DNA from: Parasitella parasitica NRRL 2501
Lineage: Eukaryota; Fungi; Mucoromycota
NCBI GenBank assembly: GCA_025201805.1
Contig: MU619248.1
Coordinates: 302,060 to 366,059 of the forward strand
Direction: 5' to 3'
Length of the DNA stretch: 64,000 nt
In this document: piece after piece, positions 39,765-54,568 of the stretch
Numbering within the stretch: the first letter of the stretch is position 1
Layout of the letters: each line of letters begins with the position of its first letter
Position numbers and translations under genes: made by a program
The notes under the pieces: model-generated
Database searches by the model: none
Told to the model about the DNA's origin: nothing
What the model saw: the letters and a program-made list of their open reading frames with translations, nothing else

Positions 39765-41591
39765 TTATAATTTGAATTTATCCTGAACTTCTTCTTTCCA
39801 CACTGCTTTTGTATCGAATTCACTGCCTAGTTTTGTACACAGTAAGAAAGCTCCCGACAGTTTCTTGTGCAGGCCATAAGTCTCATCAGGTGGTGGTGTT
39901 AGGCGATGTCTAAGCATGACAGGAATTGTCTCTCGCACTCTTTGGGTGATGGTCTGGCTCTGAAAATCGTAGTTGTCTGGTGCTGTTGCTCTGAATGGCT
40001 CTCCTAACACCATGACACTATCGATATGTGCGTTGCGCATCACCTGGGTTTCGTATCCTGTAACAAACCCCAACTGTTTAGAGTAGTTCCAGACGCCTTC
40101 TCGGTCATTGTTAGCTGCTGATATAAGTATGCGGCCATAAAGCTCTAAAAACTCTTTGGGGAATTCACGACAAGCGCCAAAATCAAGCAATTCGATCTGG
40201 CTCTTGTTGTAAAAGAAATTGGACCAGTTGGGATCAGTTTGCATAAATCTGAACGAAAAGACTTCTCGAAGGCAAAGACGCAGTAGATGCTCACCCAAGT
40301 CATTACGAATGGCCTGTGATTCTTCCACTGCCTTACTCAGCACTCTTCCTTGCAGTCGTTCGCACACCAGCACTCTTTCTGTGCACAGGTCTTTGACCAT
40401 ACTGGGCACTTTGTATCGGTCATCGCCAGCCAGCAAGTGCTTAAATTTGACCGCATTGTCGGCTTCACGGATATAATCGCACTCCCAGGCAAGCTCCTCT
40501 TTGGTAACCTTGATAGTGTTGTCTAAATACAGCCCACGAGGCAATAAGTTGCTGAACGTCACCAGTGCTTTTAAATTGCTTAGATCACTGTCGATGGATT
40601 CAGCGACTCCTGGATACTGAATTTTGATGACTACAGGCTCACCTGTCGCTGCTAGCGTCGCTGCATGCACTTGTCCGATAGAAGCAGCAGCAATAGGGAT
40701 AGGATCAAAGTCCCTGAAGTTGGCTTGCCAGTCTGCGCCCAACTCTTTCTCCATCACTTTTTCCATTTGCTTGCGAGGCATATAATTAGCACTGTCGTGA
40801 ACTCGTAGCAGTATCTGCTCCAGCTGAGGCGGCAGCCCTGTTTTATCGCCTGCTGCTTGGATGCCTTGAATACTCAGCATTTGGCCCATCTTCAATGCTG
40901 CTCCTCTCATTCGAGAAAGCTTATCGACCAGTCTATTCACGTTACTTTCACTGAGCATAATGGAGCCTATGATTCAGACTATAATTAATACCAGCAATAA
41001 GCATCACCCGGCTTTTATTTTACCAGAGCTTCCTTGTGACAATCCAGTAGCTCTTTTGAAAGACTCGTTGATGGCACCCATCCCCATGCCAGTGGCGAGT
41101 GTTCCGTAATTCCAAAGCCTTCCAAATCGAGATGTAGGGATTCGTGATTCCTTCAGCTCTTTCCGCTTTGTATCCTGGATGATTTGTTGCACTTCCTGAG
41201 CAACTGGAGTCGAGATTGTTGCCGATTCATCTTTGAGCACGTTGGGCTCGGGAGCATCGGCTGAAGCGCTCTCAATACGAGATGAAATGGGAGGTGTGGT
41301 GGTGGCTTCTGGATGAGAAGGTGCTGCAGCATTAGATTGCTTTTCTTCAAATCCAGGGAATGGGACTTGGGTAGCGGCTACATGGTTGATTTGCCCTGCC
41401 TCAGTGTGTGGCTGAGGCTGCCCTTGAGGTTGCAGTGATGGCGTGTCAGTTATGGTTGTAGGATTTAGGATGCTGGATGTCTTGACATAAAGACACAATG
41501 CAGCTGACTGATTGGCAACGACACAAGATCCAACTTTGGTAACAGCGCTAGCTAATACATAAAGATCGACAAGGTTACGCGAAAGCGACAT
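39765..41591 (-). CDS. COQ8: Mitochondrial atypical ABC1/UbiB kinase Coq8
   Basis: RIPTSRFGRL, LSRMRGAALKMGQMLS (KxGQ), AAASIGQVH, KIQYPGV, FMQTDPNWSNF, LLDFGA, HRLTPPPDETY. Confidence 0.96.
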
Positions 41592-41777
41592 GTATACTGG
41601 CGCAGGATAAAGAGAAAACAGGAGATTGATAGGGTTTCGGTTTGACAGGCATACACATCTTTACCACTTTTTCGCTTCCCCATTCTCCTCTTCAATTTCA
41701 CATCGTATAGATTTCTGACGTCATGTAGTGTTTGCAAATGGATCCGTTTGAGCATGTTGCTGATAGTATTAGTTATA

Positions 41778-42230
41778 GCAAATTTGGCAGGCTTAAAGCG
41801 CCAACTAGGATGTTCAAAAGCGCCCCCCCCCCGCGTTTCCAAGAAACACTTGTCTTTCTATTGCAATTGCATAAAGAAAAACTTGTACAAATATTTTTTA
41901 TCTAATCTCTTTGTCGCAATTGCATAATCGCAAATTTCATGTACAAACATCATTTGAGAGCTTTCTTTTTGTTGTTGAAACTGTACAAACTTCATATGAT
42001 TTCCTGTTTTTTATTCATTGGAGAGCTTATCTTGACACTTGCAAATCCTTCAAATAACTTTCATGCAGATCTAATTTTTCTAGTTTTTTAGTTTTCACTT
42101 GCCTGACTACTATGCTACTACTCTGATCGTCCCTACAAATGGATAATCTCAAGCAGATTAAGTATCATGTATGGCGGCCTTCTACTATTCAAATGTAGTT
42201 TTGTTCATCAGCGGACTCTTGTCAAATCAA
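41778..42230 (+). repeat. Dispersed repeat copy B, internally deleted relative to copy A (22670-23424)
   Basis: Block-wise homology to the reverse complement of 22670-23424. About 219 bp missing between two CTCTACAA direct repeats of copy A. Confidence 0.8.
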
Positions 42231-42549
42231 AGGTATTGGGGCTTGTCTCTTCCATGACAACATCGGCATCATCGTCTTTCTTGGCGTCCATCTTGATCAA
42301 GTACATGAGAAAAATATCGCAAATTAGTATAAACTTTTACAGAGCTGCCGAAAAACACAAGGTTGTCAGAACCACCTAATGATGTTATGGAAATTGAAAA
42401 CTCGTATGAGAGCATTTAATTGGAGCCAACCAAGAAAGTCTCTTAAAGCTTGCATTGGAGTCCTCACCATGTCCTGGCGACTACATACTACCGGTATGCT
42501 TTCTGCTCAAAATACCTGTTTCAACTCTTGCTTATTTCTTGACATTTAT

Positions 42550-42584
42550 NNNNNNNNNNNNNNNNNNNNNNNNNNNNNNNNNNN
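42550..42584. other. Assembly gap (N run)
   Basis: 35 N bases. Confidence 0.99.
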
Positions 42585-42917
42585 TTACTCGCGCACGCTT
42601 CTGTATCGTCCGCCAAGAAGAATCATTGCTTGACCCGCGGTGGAAAAATTAGCAACCAAGGGTCTTCTTTGGCCCAACGTACACCTACTTTGTGCACTAC
42701 TATCTGGTTATATAGCAGCGTATTGTCGCTACTGTATCATGTACAGTTCATCCGGTATCACTTCGGAGTCAGGATGTTTAAGGCAATTCATTCAGTTGCT
42801 CTACCCCCCGCCTTTTGTTGTTTAATCGGTTTCCCCTTTCTCTTTTTACTTTTCTCTCTCCCTCTCCCTCTGTCTCTCTCTCTCTCTTTCTTCTTCTGAT
42901 TTTTGACAACTACAAAA

Positions 42918-45536
42918 ATGAACGATTTAATCGAGCTGACAAACAAACTGCAAACAGTAGTTACTTCAGTTGGAGCAGACAACGCACTGGACTTGCCTTT
43001 GATTACTGTAGTCGGCTCCCAATCATCTGGCAAATCTTCTGTTCTCGAAACACTAGTTCAACGTGATTTCTTACCTCGCGGAAGCGGTATTGTCACCCGA
43101 AGACCTCTTGTCCTTCAGCTAGTCACCTTGCAAAAGCCTTCTGATTTGGAATATGGCGAATTTTTGCACGTCAAAGACAAAAAGTTTTACGAGTTCAGCG
43201 AAATTCGCGAAGAGATTGAGCGTGAAACCAGCCGCTTAGCAGGTGGCAACAAGGGGATATCAAGGATGCCTATTCATCTTCGGGTATATTCGCCCAAGGT
43301 GCTGAACCTCACGTTAGTGGATCTTCCCGGGCTGACAAAGGTTTGTATAGTTTGAGGGCATATTTTGACAAATTTGAGATACTAATTGCCATGTTTTCAA
43401 CCCTTCAGATCCCTATTGGTAAGCTATAAACCCCCCCCCCCAAAAGACAATCATGACATGTCGCAGAAGTCTCATTTTTGAAAAATAGGCGATCAGCCAA
43501 ACGATATCGAAAAACAAATTCGTAGTTTAGTGATGGATTACATCTCGAATCCAAACAGGTGCGTATTCGGCCGATCTATGACGGGCATGATTTTGACTCA
43601 TTTTTACGGTAGCATTATTTTGGCTGTGACACCGGCCAATTCTGACTTGGTCAATTCAGATAGTCTTAAAATTGCAAGACAAGTGGATCCCGAAGGTAAA
43701 AGAACAATTGGCGTATTGACAAAGTTGGATCTTATGGATGCGGGTACAAATGCTCTGGATATTCTATCGGGTAGATCGTATCCTTTAAAGCTCGGATTCA
43801 TTGGTGTTGTCAACAGATCTCAGCAGGACATTCTGACAAACAAACCAATGTCAACCGCTCTTGAAGCCGAAAACCAATTTTTCCAACAACATCCTGCTTA
43901 TAAAAGCGTCGCCGCTCGCTGCGGTACACAGTACCTCAGTAAACAGCTGAATACAGTAAGTTTAGTGTCTTGACTTTTCGGTTACCCTGCTCGGTAGTAA
44001 TCTTAGAATTCAGATTTTGCTGGGCCATATCAAAGAAAAGTTGCCTGAATTAAGGACCAAGTTAAGCACGCTCATCAGTCAAACGCAGCAAGAGCTAAAT
44101 CAATATGGCGAACCAACTATATCTGCTGAAGCGCTTTTTCGAGGACCTTTGATTCTGCGAATGCTGACCAAATTTGCAAACGATTTCGTTGCGGCTATTG
44201 ACGGCACATCGGCTGAAATGTCTACAAAAGAATTATGTGGTGGCGCTCGTATTTATTATATTTTCAACAATGTATTTGGACAGGCATTATATGCTATACC
44301 CGCTTGTTCTAATCTCACTAATCATGACATCCGCACTGCTATCCGCAATTCCACTGGCCCTCGTCCGTCGTTGTTTGTCCCTGAACTGGCGTTTGATTTA
44401 TTGGTTAGACCTCAGATCAAGTTATTAGAAGCGCCTAGTTTGAGATGCGTCGAACTAGTTTACGAAGAATTGATGAAGGTGTGCCATAGCTCGGATACAA
44501 AGGTAAGCAGAAGACGGGGGGAGGGGGAGGGAGTGTAGTTTTACATGCGAAATCTAACGGCATTCAACAAACTTGGTAGGAATTATTGAGATACCCTCGA
44601 CTTCATCAAAGACTAGTCGAAGTTGTTTCGGAATTGCTTCGAGAAAGATTGAGCCCTACTTCAACTTATGTCGAGAGTTTGATATCTATTGAAAGAGCAT
44701 ACATTAATACCAACCACCCTGATTTCTTGGGAGCTGCAGGTGCAATGGCTAACTTGGAAACTGAATCCAAAAAGAAGAAAAAGGTAGACTCCAAGCGCAA
44801 GGTAACTATTTTTTTTTTTTTTTTTTTTTGGGAGGCATATATGCATATACCCAAACAATTGTATAGAACCGCATGTCTCCACCTCTGCAATCGTTTGAAG
44901 TGAAAATGAACGGCAATGTGAGCAGCAATCGATCCGACGCCGGGGATAATGGGTCGATTGCAGGAACCGAGAATGATTTCGACACACCTTCATCAGCGCC
45001 CAAGGATTCGTTCCTCAACTACTTTTTTGGTGGAGCCAATAAAAACGAAAGGCCTGCATTGGGATCACAGGAAATGATGACAAAAGTTCAGTATGCACCA
45101 CCCTTGTCTGTCAACAGTATGATGGAAAGCGAGATGGTCAAGAAATTAGAACAGGCAACGTTAAACAATGAAAACGGCATTGTTGCCACTGACAGAGAGG
45201 AATTGGAAACGCAGTTGATTCGTAAATACGCTGTTTTGAATTTGAAACGGGCTGCATGTCGTCTAATTTATGTCTGTTCCAGGTACATTAATTACAAGTT
45301 ACTTTAATATCGTGAGAAAGAACATCCAAGATCTAGTGCCAAAGTCCATCATGCATCTGCTAGTCAACTACTCACGAGAATCCATTCAGAATCGACTGGT
45401 AGCAGCGCTTTACAAGGAGGAAGACTTTGACGAACTGTTGCAAGAGGATGATACCATTTCCACCGAAAGAGAAAAATGCAAAGCCATGTTGAATGTTTAT
45501 AAACAGGCGTTTGAAATCATCAAAAATGTCATGTAA
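42918..45536 (+). CDS. DNM1: Dynamin-related mitochondrial fission GTPase Dnm1/Drp1
   Basis: [21 protein letters not shown] GTPase motifs, K|IPIGDQP via a 10-nt microexon (43409-43418), insert-B motif [12 protein letters not shown] ([19 protein letters not shown]). Confidence 0.95.
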
Positions 45537-45723
45537 CACATCGCATTCGGGGGTTGTCGTGGCAACAACACTTGTAGAAATTAGAGCTTTTTTGAGACAG
45601 GCCAGTGAAAATTTTTTGTACAATAAAAATACTTGAAAAAAAAAAAACTAAAAAACAAAATTGTCTTTTTTTTTCATCGTTTTTTTTTTCCTGTTCACTT
45701 ACATTAAATACCAAAGAGAAGAG

Positions 45724-46918
45724 ATGGCTGCCACCTCGGATTCACCTACAACACAGGCGAGAAAGACCTTTGTCATTGGATCTCGCAAATCAGAATTGGC
45801 TCTTGTACAAACTTACATTGTCCGTGATAAACTCGAGTCATTATTCCCTCAGTATGACTTCAAGATTGAAACAATGTCTACCACTGGCGACAAGATATTA
45901 AATCAAGCTCTTAGCAAAATTGGAGAAAAGGCGCTGTTTACAAAGGAATTGGAGATTGCTTTGGAGAATGGCTCTGTCGATTTAGTCGTACATAGTCTCA
46001 AGGATTTGCCAACTGTCCTGCCAGAAGGTATGCTTTTGGGCGCCATCATGGAGCGCGAGGATCCCAATGATGCTTTGGTCTTGAACGAGAGAAACAAGGG
46101 GCACACATTGAGCACTTTACCTGCTGGTTCTGTCATCGGCACAAGCTCCCTTAGAAGAGTTGCTCAATTAAAGAGAAGATATCCTCATTTAACTTTCACT
46201 GATGTGGTAAGTCTTTATTAGTACTGCAATTGTATGGCAATATTCTAATCCGCCTTTCTTGTTTCTAAAGAGAGGAAATTTGTAAGTACACTTTCAAGTC
46301 TGTCCAGGGGTGGGGTGGGGGGGGGGTGGATGGAGTGGGGATTGAAAGATTAGGCCATTTTCATGTTTAGTAATGCTAAATTGACTCTTTTGTAGAAATA
46401 CTCGCTTAGCCAAATTAGACGATGTTGATGGACCTTATAGTGGCATTATTCTAGCTGTTGCTGGATTATCTCGTCTTGGCAAAGAGGATCGTATTTCAAA
46501 AGTTTTGTCAGCGTCAGATTCACTCCATGCTGTATCTCAGGGCGCTCTTGGAATCGAATGTCGTCAACAAGATAAGGATGTGCAAAGGTTACTAGAGTCT
46601 CTAAATCACAACAACACCCGCATCACTTGCTTGAGTGAGCGTGCCTTGATGCGTACTCTTGAAGGCGGCTGTAGTGTGCCCATTGGTGTAAATACCAAGC
46701 TGAATTTAGAAAACGACACTCTTTGGATGCATGGTTTAGTTGCAAGCTTGGATGGTCAAAATGTTGTCGAATACCAACATGAAATCAGTCTCGCTGATGC
46801 TGATACCAGAGAACAGAAGGAATCTCTAGCTGAAGGATTAGGTGTTACTGTGGCAAACATGCTCTGTAAGAATGGTGCTGATAAAATTTTGGCTGAATTA
46901 TCACATCATCACCCTTAA
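45724..46918 (+). CDS. HEM3: Porphobilinogen deaminase / hydroxymethylbilane synthase (exons 45724-46206, 46271-46281, 46396-46918)
   Basis: [40 protein letters not shown]|RGNL|[21 protein letters not shown] (cofactor Cys). Confidence 0.97.
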
Positions 46919-47221
46919 TAATATCCTTCTAAAAAAAAAAAAAAAAAAAAAAAAAGAAAAATACATAAACTTTGTAACATCAATATTACATTTGTATCAT
47001 ACCATCCAAATCACAGATAGTTTTATATGCACAAAAGCATTGGCCAAGCTTAACTGAATTATACTAGGATTGGCCTTCAATGTGAAGCATTTCCAAGTCT
47101 GCCGAGCCTGACACCAGCTTAAACGCCCCTCTTCTTTTCCGTGCATGGCTAACTGATCATACATGATTTGGATTTCCAGGTGCATCACCTTGTACATGGA
47201 AATGGTCTCTTCATTTTGATA

Positions 47222-47680
47222 TTAGCTCGGAAACAAAATAACGGCAACTATTGACCCTCTAACCTTGAACTCTTGTTCTTCAATTCAAAATGTGCATTGG
47301 TTTCATTTATCTACAACAATTTAAAGCGATTTGTTTTTGTTCTTTCTTTCATTATGTTCAGCGATTTATTGAAATACATAGTTTTCTACAAACTCAGTAG
47401 CATACACGGGGATGGAGAAGCTAGTGGTGGAACCGTTCGCCGCTGGTTCCAGGACTTTTCTGAAGGTCGTTTGCCTCTTGAGAAGAAGGAGGGTCAAGCA
47501 AGGCCCAGCAAGGTCGATGAAGATCAGTTGAAAGAGCTGATAGAGAGCGGTCCTGGCAAATTGCCCTGAGAATATGCTCAACAACTTGATGCAACGCATA
47601 CCACTGTTCTTTAGATAATAGTTAGCAGGCTCATAAATGGACTGCCTAAAATTTTGCTGCATCTTTTCCTTCCCGAGCCA
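47222..47680 (+). mobile_element. Internally deleted mariner-type element (N-terminal HTH remnant)
   Basis: HGDGEASGGTVRRWFQDFSEGRLPLEKKEGQARPSKVDEDQLKELIESGP matches the Mos1/Hsmar-type HTH plus GRP linker pattern. Degenerate TA-flanked inverted ends TTAGCTCGGAAACAAAA and (rc) TGGCTCGGGAAGGAAAA. Confidence 0.7.
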
Positions 47681-47683
47681 TAG

Positions 47684-48821
<1,138 letters not shown>

Positions 48822-49059
48822 TGGCAACAGAACTGTTCATTGGCGATTACTTTTTGCCACAATAAAAAGACATGATGCAGACATCATTAGATAGACTCGA
48901 GTTAGAATCTTCCTCGACCTTTCCTCTCTCTTCACAGATCCGCTGTTTTCGTATTTGTAAAGTCCTTCCCAACAATACCTGCTGTATGCTGACACCCTGA
49001 AAATTTTATAGTGCGACGTGGTTTATTTAAACCATCACTCTTTCTCTTTTTGCGCAAAA

Positions 49060-50403
49060 ATGAGTTATCCCTATTCTTTGCCAACAACTGGGTCTTTATC
49101 TTTTGTAGATTACTTGGAGTCAGATGGACCTTACACATCTGAAATATCAGACGCTACAGCTCAGCGGGGCCGGCTAAGAACTGTGCTGAAGGAGCTCAAG
49201 AAGGAAACACAATCCACGCGTGATTACCAAAGCATCATAAACGTAATTTTTTTTTTTTGACTTGGCCTTTTCGAAAGGAGCCTGACATTCATTTTTTCTT
49301 TAGACTGTAGAAGAATATCTGCCATACCTGGTAAGCATTGTAAATTGTATCGAAGCAAACGAGCTCATTTTGAAGAAAAGCATAGGTAAGAGATAACAAC
49401 ATTCAGTGACATGGACATGTAACGTAAACTATTTCCCCGTGTAGAAACCTCTTGGCGCTCTACCTTGAGCGACCATATCATCCACACTGGTAGCAACGCA
49501 CCACGAATTTCATGCAACGATATTCAGTATGAACTCATCTTTGTATTAATGACATATGCGTATGCCTGTACATTGAAAACCAACGACATGCTGAAGGAAG
49601 CCTCAACCAACCCCAATGTTTTCAACAAGGCAGCAGACCTCCTGAATACGGCCGCAGGACTCTTTGCATTCGTAGCTAATGAGGTAATACCCACTTGGCA
49701 GCAACTACCCGAGAATCGGCCTGTGGAAGCAGTGCGAGAATTTCAAGTGGCATTGTCAAAAATGGCTCTCGCCGATGCACAAGCAATCGCGATCAACAAA
49801 GCTTTAGTTACCAGTAGCACCTCGAAATCTTTGGTTGCAAAACTTTATATGGGCGTTGCTGGCCAATATGAGATGGCGTATGGCTTGATTTCGTCTATAA
49901 GCGGCACTCAAGATGTCTCGACAGATTTGAAAAAGTACCTGTCCGATGGCACCTTGTTTTATAAAGCCATGGCCAAGAAATATTTAGCCATGGATGCCAA
50001 CGATAATCAGTGAGTTTATGCCCGCTATGCTGTCGTATTTATGTCGAGCTAAATGAGTTTGCATAGAAAAATGGGCCAAGCTGTAGGTTTCGCTCGAGAT
50101 TGCAAAGCGGATTTGAGGACAATTCAGCATTCAAGTTTGTCAAAGGCACATATTCGGAAGTCAGCAATTGCAACCAGAGCAGCTAAAGAAGAAGAAACTG
50201 TAACAGAACAACTCCAAAAGTACACAATGATAAATGATACTGTCTCTTACGAGCCAGTTCCATCTAGACAAGAGTTACAGAAATTAATACCTGGAGGCAG
50301 AGGCGTATTAGAACAAAAATCGTATAGCCTCCCTCTTCCCGTGTTTGGGCCGTCAATCCAGAAAGGCGAAAAAGCATACTTGCTTGAAGGACGTTATTTT
50401 TGA
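49060..50403 (+). CDS. palC: Bro1-like pH-response regulator PalC
   Basis: N-terminus MSYPYSLPTTGSLSF, ATAQRGRLRTVLK, EEYLPYL, SWRSTLS, YELIFVL, INDTVSYEPVPS...IPGGR and aromatic C-terminus GRYF. Confidence 0.78.
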
Positions 50404-50576
50404 GTTGACAATAAAAGTTTGAAGTATAAAATAATTGGTGTTTTGAATATACAGATTTATTCAGAAGATAAAATTGATATAGAGATATATACGAGTACAA
50501 GTAGTAAAAAGAAAGGAATTAATAAATGTGTAAAATACAAGAGATATAAAAAACGAAATTGAGAAAAAGTTCAAGC

Positions 50577-52150
50577 TTATTTCTTATACTTGTCATAGCC
50601 TCTGACAATACTTTCGAGAGAACGACCCTTGGTTTCGGGAAGACAGAAGAATGTGAAGCAGAAAGCCAAGGCACAAATGACGGCGAAAATGAGGAAAGAC
50701 CAACCAGCTATAGCAGCAAAGATAACAGGGAAAATTTGACCGATCAAGAAATTCATACACCAATTGATACAAGTAGAAGCAGCGCCGACGGATGAAGCAG
50801 CATAAGTAGGGGTCATTTCAGAGGTAATCAACCAAGGAATTGGACCAATACCGACAGCAAAGGAGGCGACGTACAAAAAGACAGAGGCGATCAAAAGACC
50901 AGGGGTATTTGTCTTGTAACCGATGACCAAAAGAACAGAAAAGATACAAGTACCAGCCTCTGCAACCAACAATAATGGACGACGACCGAAACGATCAATG
51001 ACACACACAGTGAAGATAGTAGCAGCAAAGTTGACAATGGTAGTAATAATAGCCATCAACTGGGCCATGCTTTGGGAGTTGTCGAAAGCGAGCAAGAAAA
51101 TATTGGTAGAGTAGTACATGACGGCGTTCATTCCAGACAACTGTTGAATGATATGGTGAATAAATACGGTGATACCAATTCTACGGGTAACAGGATCTCT
51201 CATCACATCAATCATAGAGTAGGTCTTGTGGTCAATATTGCTCTCGCCCTTCTCCTCGCTGTTCACATCGACGGAATTTGTATCCTTCTCGTCAGTTACC
51301 TTGAGGCCTTCATCGCCGTTTACACCAGTGCCACGGAGCAAAGCATTGGCAACTGCAGTGCCCTTGATACCTTCGACCATTTCGTAGAATTCTGTGTCAA
51401 TGTTGGCATTTCCACGAAGCTTTTGAAGACTGTGGCGAGCATCATCAATACGGTTCTTTGCAACTAACCAACGAGGTGTTTCAACACAAGTGGGGAAGAA
51501 GACAGCTTGGAAGATGGCAGGGAAAGCAGCAATAGCGTAGTTTACACGCCAGAGAGGAACGTTGGCAAGAGGGAGACCGATAGCAGAAGCTAAAAGAATA
51601 CCAATAACGATCAAGAACTGATTACAACTACCCATGGTACCTCTAGCCTTGATTGTAGAGACTTCACCAATATAAGTAGGAACAACAAGAGAACCAAGAC
51701 CGCATGAAAGACCACAAAGAATACGACCAATGATGAACATGGCTTGGTGGACAGCAACAGAGCACAAAAGAGAACCGATAATGAAACCAGAGTTATTAAC
51801 AATCATAGTCAAGCGACGGCCGAGCTTTTCTTGGACGGCACCACCAAAGAGGGAAGCGATGAGACCACCAACACAGAAGGAGGATACAGCAAAACCCCTA
51901 CCATAAAATGTTAGCATTGGCCAAATCTAAAATGTAATCAACATTTAACTTACCAGAGGGCAGTATTCATAGGCAAACAATCAGGAAGGCCTTTAGCAGC
52001 TACATGTGCCATACCATTTTCACATTCATGAGTAACAAGACCAGGGACATTAGCAGAACCAATAATCCAACCGTTACTGAAGGCTTCGATACATGCCATG
52101 AGAACGCAGTACACCATGTACTTGGGAAATCTTACTTCCTTAGAATCCAT
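50577..52150 (-). CDS. MFS sugar-porter family hexose transporter (exons 52150-51954, 51897-50577)
   Basis: KLGRR, GRILCG, YIGEVS...RG, ETPRWL, QQLSGMNAVMYYS, DRFGRR, GPIPWLITSE, PETKG. Confidence 0.96.
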
Positions 52151-53184
52151 AGCGAATTATATTATATATGTATATATTTTTAAAAAAAGGATTTACTTTG
52201 TATAAAGAGAAAGGATAATGAACATAATTGCTTCCCAAATGTGGGTCTTATTTATATGTGATTGTAAATCTTTGATCCATCCCACCTTTTCCCAGGTTTT
52301 ACAATATTGCAGCAGTTTAAAACTTCCAATTTTGGAACTTGTGTGGGTGAGGACTAGCACTTTGTTCTTCTTGGAATAAAATGAAACATCTACAGGGAAT
52401 TCCTTGGATTTTTTCTCTGAATAATGTCCAATCACGCCACTAACAATTGGCCTTGCAATGGATAACAAACGGTTGAGCTTTTACCGAGAAAGTCAATTTA
52501 CAAACACTTTATAGTATAAACTGAGGGAAGGCTGGAAAACTGCAAATTTTTTATGAAGGCACACGTATTGACGAGAGCTTCTTTTTATGAGATATATTGT
52601 GTCCCAGTTTATTTAGAGCAACATGTCTTTCCGCACATTTTGTTTTTACAATTGCGGGTTGTCAATACAAATATTTGTATTGTATACAAGATGCTCCCCG
52701 CCTATTTTTTACCCATCATCAGACTTCGAATTACGATGCGCAGATATACAGCAACTATTGTATTTAGGATATTATTTTACACAGACTATTTGATGTGTTA
52801 TAATTAGTCGCACGGCGCACTTAATCCATCGAATTCTACTTTTATAATAAATTATTCTTTATTCGTTCGTTTTATGTGGAAATCGTACTGATTTGCTAAT
52901 TATAATACACTTTTTGAAAATTGCATTGCAATCGGTAACTATCGTTTACTTTTCCGTTTTTTCCAAAATTTTATGCCGAGGTAGGTCGAATCAACAAAAA
53001 TTTAGAATCAGCATCTAAACTGCTTGATTAAGTAACTTTTTTTTTTTTCTTATTTTTTGTTAAAAAAAGAAAGTATCGCTATAAAATACCTATTTCTAAT
53101 ATAGTTAGGATATAGTACGCTTTTACTAAATAGCCATTTACGAAGAGCAGGATGGTTTATGATGAGGAAACCATGGTATATTTT

Positions 53185-53217
53185 CATTAAGCATCCGCTT
53201 TACATTAAGCATCCGCT
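53185..53217. repeat. 15-bp direct repeat CATTAAGCATCCGCT x2
   Basis: Copies at 53185-53199 and 53203-53217. Confidence 0.9.
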
Positions 53218-54502
53218 CATCCGGAGAACCCCTTGCTTATTTAAGCAAAAATAATATAAAAAAAAATTGATTAAGTTGTAGTATTCATCGTTTTGTAGTA
53301 TAATTATCTGATAATTTTGCACATTATAACGTTTTTACCCAGTCAGGTAAATACTTAATTATTAACTTTTATTAAAAATTGTATGCATGCACATCACTGT
53401 GAGCTAACAAAAAAAAAAAAAGAAGTATTCAACACCTGGTAAGACTACATGAAACTCGTCTTTCTATTTTCCCGTTTGCCTTTTATGAAGTTTATGTGTA
53501 ACATTTTCACATTCGGTCAAGGAACTTGCTATTTGACAGATGTCACCCTGGGCTAATTAATTAGCAGTGGTTACAAGATTTATCAAATAAGAACTTTGCC
53601 AGCTTCTTATTTTGGCAAATGTATAGGAGAAGTTTTATTTGTCAAAAACATCAGGACATGCTATGTTGTTTAATTCATTTGAAACTGACACATTTTACAA
53701 TTTTACACCTGACTTTTTTATTTTCTTATGATTGATTTGTAAATCACAGATGTTTCTAGATTCAGTGTCATATGAAATATTCGAAAAAATATTTCGATCG
53801 AATCAATTGAAAAATAAATTATTGTTTTCTAAGTTTTGTCATAGACGGTCGTCATATCTCAAAAAAAATTTCCATCCAAATTTCTACTGTGGAGTATATC
53901 CGTCTTTAGAAAAGTGTCTTTAACAAAAGCAAAACAAAGTGTAAACGGTAAATCTCTGAATTCAGAGTAATGTCTTAAACTTAATGATGGGGTGTGTGGT
54001 ATTACGTGAATTTATACTTCAAAGCTTTCTTTTTATGTGGGAGCCATTGGTAATTCGATGTAAATGCGTTTTTCCCGTTTAATTGAGTGGCCTTGTTGAA
54101 TTCATCTATAAAAATTGTGCAGATCTGAAGCGTAGATACAATTTGTAATATGCGTTCAATGATAAGCACTCTATTATACATCTAAACTCTGCAATGTGAA
54201 AAGAATGTCAAATCATTGGCCTATTGAAGTATGCTATTAAAAATATTTCAAATGGTGATTTGTTTCTATCGACCCTCAAGGCCACTGCAATATTCTATAG
54301 CATTTACAACTATCTCAATCCAGCAGTTGTGATAGCTATTAAAGAAGTCAAAACGCAACCCCCCCAGGAGCCGATTATCAAAGTTCTTAATAACATATAA
54401 TAAGTCAATTGGCGATTTTCTTTAATACGCAATTTTTATACTAGTGAAAATTAAGCGCAGGACCTATTTATTTTGTTTGGCAACTTTATTTGCTCAGTTT
54501 AT

Positions 54503-54568
54503 AACGATTACGACTACGACTACGGCTGCGATTATGCGACTACGACAACGACTACGACAACGACTACC
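54503..54568. repeat. Degenerate hexanucleotide (ACGACT/ACGACA) microsatellite
   Basis: acgattacgactacgactacggctgcgattatgcgactacgacaacgactacgacaacgactac. Confidence 0.9.

Noticed and set aside
52696-52701. CreA/Mig1 site (GCGGGG on minus) upstream of the hexose transporter, and CACGTG boxes near 3276 and 27991
   Set aside because: Single 6-bp matches are expected by chance.
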